Below the pieces are notes generated by a model, which was not told where the DNA came from, did no database searches, and was given only the letters and a program-made list of their open reading frames with translations. Below are positions 40,401 to 52,400 of a stretch of DNA of 64,000 bases, piece after piece (position 1 is the first letter of the stretch; each line of letters opens with the position of its first letter). Source of the DNA: an uncultured Lentisphaerales bacterium. GTDB taxonomy: Bacteria; Verrucomicrobiota; Lentisphaeria; JABSQK01; UBA12247. The position numbers and the translations under genes were made by a program. The stretch covers positions 96,001 to 160,000 of the forward strand of contig CALSSJ010000023.1 in NCBI GenBank assembly GCA_943788985.1, read 5' to 3'.

Positions 40401-43400
40401 TCCGCATCCCAGCTGGCAGCCAAGTGATTCCAACGGCCAGCAGCAAGCGTCGTCTCTAACGTGGCGGTTACGCCGAGTACAGAGGCAACCGGGCTCCCGT
40501 TGTCGAGACCAAAGGAGAACAGGTCATCCTGCGGTCCGAGCAAGGTCAGGATGTCACCGCTTGCGGAATCGTTGGCAGCGTAGAACCATGCTTCAACGGT
40601 CCAGCTGTCGAGGGCGAAACGACTACCTTCGGGCTGCGGAACAACCAAACCAGCGGACTGCAGTGCATAAACCCGCGAAACTGCTGGATCGAGGCTGACG
40701 AGAGGATTGATCTCGTTGCCATCGAGCAGACCGTTGTCATCGGTATCCGGATTGTTCGGATGGGTGCCACGCAGTTGCTCGTTGAGATTGGACAGGTTGT
40801 CGTTGTCTAGATCGCGACGATCATCACGGATGCCGTCGTTGTAGGTGATCTGGTCGGTCGGATCGGTTCCAGCGAGCCACTCGTAGTAGTCGCTGAGGCT
40901 ATCGCCGTCGACATCCCCGGAGCCATCGCGGCCCAAGTTGCCGAAGAAGTGGAGTTCCCACCAGTCCGCCATGCCGTCGCCATCGCTGTCAAGGTTGACT
41001 GCGACTGGATTGTCACCAGAGACGCCATCGTTCGAGCCAGCGAAGGTTGCTGCGTGATGCCAGCCAGACAACCAGTCATTCACAGGCATTGCGAAGTCTT
41101 GGGCCGTAGTTCCGCTGTCATCGAAGCGATACAGGGCGACGAGAGCATCCGACCCGGTGTGGAATCCCTGACCGGTCAAGTCGCTTGTGGAGGCGCTACT
41201 CCAGATTGCGAGATCGTCCAGCTCGGCCGCCAAGCCTTCACCGACTGCCATGCTGCTCCAGCCAATCACGTCCGCGGCGGGGGCAATCCCGCTGGTGACG
41301 GTGTTTTGCAGCAAGCCATTGACCGTGATACTCAACTCGCCGCTCTCGGCGTCGTACTGAGCTGCTACGTGACTCCAACGTTCCGCAAGAATCGACGCCC
41401 CGGAGGTGGCGATCACGCTGGCGGAGCCGTGGTCTTCATAGCTGCCAGTAAAGCTGGCGTATGGCTGCAGGCTGCTGTTGATGCCCAGCTCATAGTTGAC
41501 GGAACGAGCGTCGTCATCGTCATGCGCATCGGCGATGCGGCGCGATACGATGATACCACCATCGGTATCGCTGGTGCTCAGCTTGATCCAGGTCTCCACG
41601 GTCCAGCTTTCAGCAAGGTTGAAGCGGCTCTGGTTTGGTACTGCTAGAGTGGCGCCTTCGGTCGGCAAGGACAGGACGCGAGGCACATACGGTGACAGCG
41701 GCTGGATCGGACTGCTGGTCACAGCATTGGCGAACAGTTCTGCATTGTCTTCAGCGCCGTCGTCATCCGTATCAGCAGCGGCATTCCACGGATCTGTGCT
41801 CTGGGCAGCCTCTTCGAGGTTGCTCAGGTCATCACTGTCAGGGTTACGCTGCGCATCGGAGGTGCCGTTGGTGGTCGCGTCGATCGGGCTGGTACCGGAG
41901 CGCCATTCAGCAACTTCGTCCAGGCCGTCGCCATCTTCGTCGTTCTCTTCTGCTGCGGTCGGATTCAGGCCGTAAGCGTGTTCGAACCAAGTTGGCAGGT
42001 TGTCGCCATCGAGGTCGCCGTGAGTCGGGGCAAAGCTGCTGTTGACGACCGAGGCACCTGTCAGCGTGGCTGCGTGGCGGGTATGACGCCCGCGCAGTGC
42101 CAAGGAGAAGTCCTCGGATTCGGTCAGGTCCTGCACGAAGGCAGAGCCAGCGATGGCTTCGTCAGCATTGAAGTAGGCGATCAGCCCGGTTGCTTCCACA
42201 GTCGCCAGCGCTTCGCCGAGGTTCAGCGTGGCACCCGTGAGAATGCGGCCGTCCAGGCTTGCCAGCGGCGTCGCCGTTTCGAGCAGGCGTGTCTTGATCT
42301 CGAGGAAGGTACGCTTTGGCTGCGCCGAGAGCAGCACAGCAGCAGCACCCGCGACATGTGGTGATGCCATCGAAGTGCCCTGCAGATTGTGGTAGCCACC
42401 GCCAAGGCGAGTGCTGTAGATCTCGACACCAGGAGCAGCGATGTCTACGGTGGTGATGCCATAGTTGCTGAAGCCTGCCATCTGGCCGTCACGGCTGATC
42501 GCTGCGACAGAGATGATGTTCTCTAGGTCGTAGCTTGCCGGGTAGGCTGGATTGGAGTCGTTGTTGCCGGCGTCGTTGCCAGCAGCAGCGACAAAGAGCT
42601 GGCCAACGGCCTGGGCGCGGGCGATCGAGTCGTAAAGGGCTTGCGAGAAACCGCCGCCGCCCCAGCTGTTGTTGGTGAGCGTGGCGCCCATCTGAACAGC
42701 ATAGTCGATGGCCGCGATGGCATCTGCTGTGGTCCCAGAGCCATTGTCACCGAGGAAGCGGAGCGCCATAATGCGCACGTTCCAGGCTACCCCGACGACA
42801 CCGACATTGTTGTCGCCCACGGCGCCAACGGTGCCAGAGACATGCGTCCCGTGCCCGTCCACATCCATCGGGTCCCCGTCGTCCTGGGCGAAGTCGTACC
42901 CGTAGACATCGTCGATGAAGCCATTGCCATCGTCGTCGATCCCGTTATCCGGGGTTTCGCCTTCGTTCTTCCACATGTTTGCGGCCAGATCAGGATGGGT
43001 GTAATCAACGCCGGTGTCAATGACCGCGACGATGACTTCGTGAGAACCAGTGTTTACGTCCCACGCTTCGGGTCCGTTGATATCCGTGTGCTCGAAGCCC
43101 TCGGTGACATTGTTCATGCCCCACAACTTGGCGAAATCTGGGTCGTTCGGCGTCCGAATCGCGGAGACGATGTAATTCGGCTCTGCGTATTCGATGTCCG
43201 CGCGGCCTTGGAACTCGGCAAGGGTTGCTTCCAGGGATTCGCCGTCGGCAATCTGTACCAGCGTGTGACCGGTGTTGAAGCTCTTGAGCGTGGCTACGCC
43301 GACCGTGGCGTTGATCGCGGCATGATCCTTACTTGGCACGCCGTCTGCATAGCGGACGATGATCTCATCGGCAGTGTGCTCTTGCGCGAGCATTTCAGTG

Positions 43401-46400
43401 ATGGAACGCGGTCCACGGCGCTCGGCGTCGAAACGCTCGATCTTGCCGGTGAAGCCTGGAACCGTGGAGCGGTACAGCGCGCCGACTTGCTCGGCGTCGC
43501 GTGCCTCGGACCAGACCCGGACTTCATCAATCGAACCCAGATAGTTGCCACCGATGGTGGTCTGGGCGCCGACGAAGGTCGTCCCAGCGACATCTTGGCC
43601 ATTGCCGATTGTGACAGGTACATCACCAGCAGTCGTGCGGTCGATCCAAGCAACGGGCAGCCCGTCTACATAGAGGACCAGCAGGTAGGTTTCTTCGTCG
43701 AAGCTCGCGGCCAAGTGCGTCCAAGTCCCTGCCTCAATCGAGAGCAGGTTATCGAACGGTACCTCACCATTCTGGGCAGACTCACCACCAACCTTCACAT
43801 TGTGACCGTCGGTGCTGTCAAAGCGAACGTACGGACGAAGGACGCCAGCGGCATCCTCATCCAAACCGAGTGCGAAGTTCGCAACGGGAGTGCCGTCCGC
43901 AACGCCCACAGCGCGGCGCAGCAGGAGACGATCGCCAGCGGAACCAGCCGATGCTGGGTTGGCCCAGACTTCGATGGTCCATGAGCTCATAGCCAGCTTC
44001 TGGCTATCAGGAACATTCACGACATCGGTGAGATTCAGGAAGTCCAAGCTGCCCAAGCGCGGTGGTGCGGTGTTGGCAAGTGGCGACAGCGGATCACCGG
44101 CCATGCTGACTGCATGCAGTTCGTCATAGTCGTTGATACCATCACCGTCAGTATCGGCGTTGCGTGGATCCGTACCATAGGTCTGCTCATCCAGGTTGGT
44201 GAGCATGTCGCCGTCCTCGTCGGCTCCTGCATCACGCCCATTGTTGAACTGATCGATCGGGTTGGTTCCGCCCAAGAATTCGCTGATATTGGTCAGGCCG
44301 TCTTCATCCTCGTCCTCTTCAGCGTCGTCCACGTCGTACAGACTTTCGAACCAGTCTGGCATGCCATCATCATCACTATCGACGTAGCCGTAGAAGGCCT
44401 GCGCATTCGCAGGAGCATCCCGGCGGTCAACGATCCAGTCAAGCGTGCCATCGGCGTCTGTGTCCGTCACATCGTCGATCCCGTCGCCATCCAAATCGGC
44501 AGAGATTGCGTCGTCCCAGTCGCCTAGGCCGTGGTCGTCATCATCCGCAAAGTTCTGGATGCTGCTACCGCCATCATCAAAGCGGAAGTGGCGCCAGAGG
44601 TCGTCCCTGTCAGAGACAGCAAATTCGTGAAGGTCCCGCGCGATCTGTTCCGCCTCAAGGTCGCGGTGCCAGATACGGAGTTCGTCCAGAAGCGCGCCAG
44701 TCCACGTACTGTCGCCCAAGGTGACTTCACCAAAGCCGGTCACTGCCTGTTCATCGTCTGCTAGATCACGCACTGCGTGTGACGTGCCATTCAGGTACAT
44801 AGCCACGCGGTCTTCATCAGCAACGACGGCCACATGGGTCCAGCCATTGAGCGGCAGGCTTGCCTCGAGAGTCACGGTATTGCCATTGACGGTATCGAAG
44901 GTCACATAAGGAACGTTGGCCTGCAAGCCAAGCTCGTACTCGGTGGCGCCATTATGTGCACCTTAGTCAGCACTGCGCCGGTCTGGCTGGCAGCCGAGCC
45001 GACTGAAATCCAGAACTCAACGGTCCATTCTCCCGTGCGATCAACGTAGTCCTCTCCGACCTGCGGAATCCGCACACCATCCACCACGGCGAGATCGAAG
45101 GCACGATCGCGTTGCGGGCTGAGTGAGTGCTTGGCGCTGGATGCCGGAGCCATCCGAATATCAGATGAGACGCTAAAGCCATAGACGCCATTGCTGGCAG
45201 CGGTGAGCACGGTGAGCGGTGTATCGGCACCGTGGTCGTAGTGCGGGCTGTCATTACGATCGATCCAAGCATGCTCGTTGCTGTCGATCATGCCGTCGCC
45301 GTTTGCATCGCCGAAGCGGACGTTCGCCAGGCCAAGGGTCGTGTGCGCTGGGGTCGGCGCATCACCAACCAGCAGGATGTCCGTCCCATCGGTGTAGACG
45401 CCATCGCGATCAATGTCTACCCAGACCGAACGGCCTACGAGATAGCCAGCGCTATGGCCATCGTCGTCTAGAGGGTCAATGGAAAGCAGCGCATGCGTGT
45501 GCTGCTCGATCAGGTCCGTGATGCCGTCGTTGTCGCTGTCGGCATCCCCCGGATGCAGCTCGAGTTCCTGCTCTTGACCGTTGGTAAGGCCATCGCCGTC
45601 TGCATCCTCGTGGGCATCTGCAATGCCATCGAGATCGCTGTCCAGCTGCGTCGGGATCGTACCAGCCAACCACTCGTAGTAGTTGCTCAGGCCGTCGCCG
45701 TCTGCGTCGTCATCCCCATCGGCTTCCAAATCACCGAAGTGGACGAGTTCCCAGCTGTCTGGGAGGCCGTCGTCGTCTGCGTCAAGCTCACGCTCTTCGA
45801 CAGGAATGGAAGGAGACATCGTGCCCACGGTTGCGGTGCCATGGAGACGACCGGCGTGCAGCCAGTTCTGCTTCCAATCCATCGCAAGATCAGCAACATG
45901 ATCTTCGATGGTCTCGCCGCCATCGTCAAACAGGTACTGTAGAACCAGGCCATTGGCGTCGGCTTCGATCTGGCGATGCATGGCGGCTCTCATGCCACCG
46001 GCAAAGCGCGTGTGTTCCCAAATCCGCACGTTATCAATTGCGCCGCTAAAGCCCTCACCGACGCGGACCCAAGTGGGACCGTAGCCGTTCTGATGAACTG
46101 GGAGATCGGCGACAAGGTCAATCACACGGATGCCATTGACATAGATCGCGAGATTGTTCCCGTCAAAGGTCGCAGCAACATGGGTCCACACAGATTGCGG
46201 TACGGACTCGGCTGCGCTCACGACAAAATCGGCATCGCCGGTTGCGGGGCTGACCGCAACCGTGGGCCGCCCACCATCCAAGTAGAAATGGTAGTTGTAG
46301 AGGCCTTCAGTTACCTGACGGCCGAGAATCGTACCGCTATTCGCTGTCGGGTAGATCCACGCTTCGATGGTAAACTGCTCAAGCGCCAGACGGTTCGATT

Positions 46401-49400
46401 CCCATGGCGCCTGCACGTAGCCGCTGCCGTCGAGCAGTAGCGCGTTGGCCTGGACAGGATCGAAGGCAAAGGCTGGGGCTGTGCCCTGTACGACTTCTGC
46501 ACCATCCTCAGTCCCATCATCGTCAGTATCGACCAGGCGCGGATCGGTGCCATGGAACTGCTCAACACCATTGTCGAGGTCATCGCCATCGCGGTCCTCA
46601 AAGGCATCGATGATGGTGTTGCCATCAGTGTCAGAAACGAGAGGGCTCGTGCTGCTGAGGAATTCATACAGGTTGGTCAGACCGTCGGAATCGAGGTCCT
46701 TGGTCGGATCCATGGTCAGGTCCCCGAAGCGCAGCTCGTACCAATCCTCAATCCCATCGTGGTCGCTGTCCGGTGCGCCGTTCAGCAACGGTGATGGATT
46801 GGTGGTCGAGAGCGCGTCAAGGTGGCCGTCGGTAAGGCCAGTGGCGCCAACGATCGAATCCCAGACCGCGTTGGTGCCCAAGTCAACCTGGGTATCACCG
46901 GCGTCATAGAGGCCGTCCTCGTTCACGTCCACAAACGTTTCGTCCTCGTCGTCCAAGTACAGATTGCCATTTACGTCGATGTACAGAATGCGCGCGCTGG
47001 CGGCATTCTCGATGCGGATATCGAGGCCAGTCAGGTCGGACTCCAAGACATCGGTCGCGTAGTCATCGACAGTTTCGCCACCGTCATCGAACATGTAGTA
47101 AAGAACCATAGCGCCAAAGAGCTCATCGGTGGCTGGAATGGCACGGAAGCGTTGAGCGTCGATCACTTTGTCGCTCAGCGCAGCGCGCCAGACCCGCACT
47201 TCGTCGATCGCCACACCCGTCAACGTGGTGCTGTTGTGTGGACCGTTTAGATGGGCAACACCACCAGGCGTAATATTCAATCCAGTGATGGACTTGCCGA
47301 CGCTGACGCCGTTCACATTAATGCGAATCTCGTTTGTCACCCCATTGAAGGTGAAGGCCAGATGGTTCCAGCTGTCACCAGCAAGCGCATGTTCCATCTC
47401 GAGAGTCTCATGGACGCCCGGAGCCAGCATAGTCTGGAAGTACGGCCGATTCTCGTTCAGGCCGACGCTGTAGGCGACAAGCCCAGACAGATTTGCGTAC
47501 TGGAACAAGGCACCGGACTGCAGAGCAGCAGTTGGCCGGACCCACATTTCAATGGTGAAGCCCTCGAGGGTGTTGGTACGGCGCACGAGCTCGGTGCCAC
47601 TGCCGGATACAGCGCGTCCAGGTGGGTTCATTGCACCGCTCGGCCAGCTGATGTCGGTCACATGCCACCAGGCTTCTTCGTTGGTGCCATTGCCATCGGT
47701 AACGCTCATGGTCGTCGGGCCAAACTCGACTAGCCGCTCGTCCGGCTGACCTTCGTGGACCAGCACGCGAATGGTGCTCTGCGGATCGCCACCGTTGCTG
47801 TAGTTGTTGCTCCAGACCTGATAAACGCCATCTTCAGCAGAGCCGGAAAACACGGTAATGTTCTCAGGGCCAGTGCCGCTAATGTCATCAATGTCGAGAT
47901 CAGAGCCCGGGATCTGCCCAGCATCAGTGGTCACGCCGTTGAAAACATCTGGGTACCCAGGGCCGAAGGTGGTCCAGCCCATGTGGCGGAATGTGGGGTC
48001 CACCAGCCAGGTATCCAAATCGCCGTTCACATCCCACGTCTGCGTGACGCGAATGTCCGCTTCTGCGACCGTGCTGGTGATGTTGACCGAGCCATAGCCA
48101 AATAGACCAGCACCATCTTCTGCTTCCACGGTGATCTCGTTTTCATTGGCCGCAATCACGATCGTACGGCTGAAGCTCTCGCCACCTGGGATCGAATCCG
48201 CCAGCAAGTTGTTCACGTAGAAGTTCAGTGCCACGATCGCAGAGGTACTGCTGGCCGTTCCGGTAACAGTCACAAAGCGATCGTCAATGCTGGCACCAGC
48301 GATCGGTGCGGTAATTTCCACCTGTGGGCCCAAGCCAGTCACTTCTTCTTCGACTTCAAGAAACGAGAAGCGCTCGGACAGAGGCAGCAAGATGCTGGAA
48401 CCATCTAGGAGCAGGTTACGAGACACGTACGGGGACAACGGCTCAAGCGCGCCGCTATAGACGGCACCCGGGTCAGCGAAGGCCATTTCCTTGCCGTCAG
48501 GCAACCCATCGCCATCCGAATCGGCCAGATCAATGCGTAATCCTGCATTCTGTTCAATGATGTTGGCGATACCGTCGCCATCGGTGTCTTCTTCGCCATC
48601 CTCAATCTGGTTGCCATCACTGTCCGTCAGGGTGGGGTTGAGACCAGCGAGGTATTCGTAGAGGTTAGTAAGTCCGTCAAGATCATTGTCTCCATCCGGC
48701 GTGGCCGAAAGGTCGCCGAAGTAGGTGACTTCCCATTTGTCGGGCAAGCCGTCCTCATCACGGTCTAGGACAGAGTCCTGGACTGGCCCATCGATCGTGG
48801 TTACGATCTCGCCGCCGTACAGAGTTGCCGCGTGGCTCCACTCCGCCAGCCAATCGGTCTGCGCTGTCGAATCCTGCGCGAATCGACCCACGTCATCGAA
48901 GCGGAAGTAGGCCACCAGGTTCGCCTCTCCGAGGTTGAGTGCGGCATCCCTGCGGTCCTAAGATGGTCGCTGGAGTCAGCGCCCCAGCCCACAAGCGCAA
49001 CTCGTCAACCAGGCCTTCGTAGGTCTCGCCTGCTCGAATTGAAATCGGACCTGGCCCCGACTGCGGTGAGGGAACGCCGCTGGTCGTTGTCGCGACGAGT
49101 TCGCCGTCCACGACCAGTGACAGGGTTCGGGTGGCGAGATCAAACGATCCAGCCACGTGGGTCCAGGTTTCGCCATCACGGGCAATCGCACTCAAGGATG
49201 TCGCAGAGATTTCGTCACCGCCATCGGCTTTCGTAAAGTAAACGGTGACCGTTCCGTCAACGTTCAGGCGCAGTCCTTTGCTGACGACTAATACCGGTTC
49301 GGTCCCGATCACACGTTGGAACAGGACACCGTCACTGTCCACATCCGGCCGGACCCACATTTCCAAGGTCCAGCTGGGCAGCGAATAGTCAGCAGAGTTT

Positions 49401-52400
49401 GGCAATTCCAGATAACCACGGCCATCCAGGCTCAACGCCTTATAGGCATCTGCGGCCGTAGCCAACGGACGACTGTTGCCATCTGTCGGGTCTGAGCCAA
49501 GCGTAATTTCGACGCCATCGGCGAAGCCGTCATCGTCAGTGTCTCCCAGCAGAGGATGAGTGCCCAGTTCCTGCTCCTGACCATCTGTGATTCCATCATC
49601 ATCGGTATCTTCTTCCGGGTCGCTGATCCCGTCATTATCACTATCTTCATCCCGTGGATTCGATCCTGAGAGGAATTCATAGGCATTGGAGAACCCATCT
49701 GTATCGGTGTTGAGGAAGCCGAAGTTGGGGTCTGGCGGCGTGCGGCCAAGCCGGTCCACCGGCGTCACATCATCAAGGAATGTGGCAGCACGGCCGTACC
49801 AGACAGCTCGGGTGTCATAGTCACTATCATCGCCACGGACAATCACGGGGGTTCCGTCCATGACCAGACCGATCGCAACACTCATATTGGCACGTGGCCA
49901 GGTGTGCAGCTGCGGTGCCCAAGGCTGAAGAATAGCGCTTGGATCGCCATTGGGAATGATGAGGGTATAGAAACCAGGCGCCGTGACGAGCATGCTTTGG
50001 GTAGAACCGCTAACATCGGCAAGAACTGCATAGATCTGGTTTCGTCCAACCTCGAGGTATTGGGCGATATTGACGGTAAACCTGCCGGTGCCGACGCTGG
50101 TCGCCCCGCCCAGGATCTCCTCGCCGTTGATATACAGCTCGAGAATGTCGGAGTTGACCAGATCAAACTCCAGCGGTGCAGTCCCAGGAATGCGCGCCAA
50201 CTCGATGTACTTCAGCAAGGCAAGGAATTTTCCGGAGTCCATCATTACGGCGGACCGTGCGCTCTCGGAGCCAATCGAGCCATACGCGAGGAAGTCGCGG
50301 AAGATGTGACCAGGATCGTTTACCATGGGCGCATTCAGATTGAGAACTGTCGAAGTGATGGCACCATTGAGCACTCCAGTGCTCCAGCCGGTGGTATCTG
50401 TGTCCGTGACGAACCCATCCACGTTGAGGTCCTGGCGAAAGATTCCGACGTCGTAGGTCGTGTTGTCAGGGAAGGTACTGAGCTCGTGCTGATCGACCCA
50501 CCAGTCAGGCAGGCCGTCGCCGTCCGCGTCATTGGACAGTTCGACCGGTGCGAAGTGGCTATTGGTCTGTACAGCTGACAGCGCACGATCCAAATCCACC
50601 GATCTGAGAGCGTCATTAGCGTAGACACCACCATCGTCGAACTGGAAGTAGGCGAGTAGCGTGTAGGCGGATTCGTAAATGTTGCGTGTGGCGAAGGTGG
50701 CTCCGTCCAGTTCCTGCGCGATCAACTCGGGCTCGAACGGTGCGATATTTGCCACGGAATCAGTCACGATCGCTGTATTCAAGTCATTGGCAATAGCCAG
50801 TTCAGGACGTTCTCCATCCCAGATACGGATGTCATCCATGTAGCCGACACCCACTTCGCCAATTTCAAGCGTCACGGGACCGGTGATCGAGGTGACCGAG
50901 TTTTGTTGTGCGATCAATAAGACTCCGTTTCGAACCAGGCGAATGCTGTTGTCCTCCGGGGCCCAGACGATTGCCAGGTGCTCCCAACGGCCCGGTACAA
51001 GCGGGGCAATATGGTCGCCGCCTGCCTCTGCCAGAACGATGTTGCCTCTGCGTAATGAGCCCTGCGGACGGCCGTCGATCAAAGAGAGGTAGAGGCTATC
51101 GCCACTATCAGACTTCAGGGCAATCAAATCGCCCGTCGGGGTGACGTCGCCCCCTGCGTCCAGCCAAACCACATCATCCGATCCATTATCGGGCGTGTCG
51201 GCTGGATCAACCACAATACTGTGGACCGTATCGGTAAGAACAGCAGCCTCAGCAGGAGCTCCGCTGAGAACAACATCGTCGGCTTCAACGAATCGGCGAT
51301 CGCCATTATCCAACCAGACGTGATCATAGGGCGATCCACCATCGTTATCATCGACATAGACGACAAAGCTGAGGCCTATCACATCGGTGACTTCCCCAGT
51401 GGGGGTTCCAACTAGGATAAGATCAGTGGCATCGAGCCCGTCTGCGAGCCAATCCACCCAAGCTGCGTCATTGGCCGAGTCGATTGGATCGTTGTAGTAG
51501 CTGACTTGGGAAATTTCCCGCGTCGCGTTTACGGTTGGAGTGCCGAGCAAAAGCACGTCCTGATCGGCGCTGTAGGTCAGGTCGGACGCACTTGGCAGGT
51601 ACCAAGTTTCAATCGTCCAGCCATTGTCGCCTAGCAGGATATGGTTCGAGTTCACGGGAGATGCGGCACCGCTCAGGCCAGCGAGGTTCAAACTACCGCG
51701 CTGTGCATTCGGGTGACTCTCCGCTCGAATGGGGCTAAAGCCACCGACTGCTTCTTCAAAGTCATTGTGGCCATCATCGTCTGAGTCCACAAGAGTCGGG
51801 TTCGTACCACGTGTGGCTTCCCGACCATTGGTCAGGCCATCCTCGTCATGGTCTTCCTCACCATCTGGAACTCCATTATTGTTGGAATCTGCGGCATTGG
51901 GATTCAAGCCCAACAGAAATTCGTGCACGTTAGGGACCCCATCGCCATCAGGATCATCGAGCGGGTTGACACTGCGAATAGTGCCGCCGATGAGATGTTC
52001 CCACCAGTCGGGGATGGTGTCGCCGTCGGCATCATCGATTCCGCTCGCACCAAATGCATTATCGCGCGTCACCCAGTCGGCATGTTGATCACCGTCGGCA
52101 TCCAGAACCGAGAAGTCGGTGCTGTTAAGCTGATAGTCTGTGGCTTCCGGCCTTGGATAAGCAAAGACGAAATCTTCGATTGCCAAGCCGCCATCGTCGA
52201 AACGCCAGTAAGCGACCAAGTCCGTGCTGGTTTGGTGAACATCCGCCTGCACGAGCAGTTGGGTGGTCGTCCGGGCGACGCTCCAGACACGAATCTCGTC
52301 CAATAAGCCGTCGGTCAGGGCATGTGCAGAGCTGCCATCGGAACCGATATACAACGTGCCCACTCCGGAGATCCGATCAAGCAAGCTGGCCGCACCATAG

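Noticed and set aside
44902..48970. Programmed ribosomal frameshifting or phase variation at the giant-gene junctions
   Set aside because: There is no slippery heptamer, long homopolymer or long SSR tract at either site, and similar indels hit housekeeping genes in this window, so sequencing error is more parsimonious.
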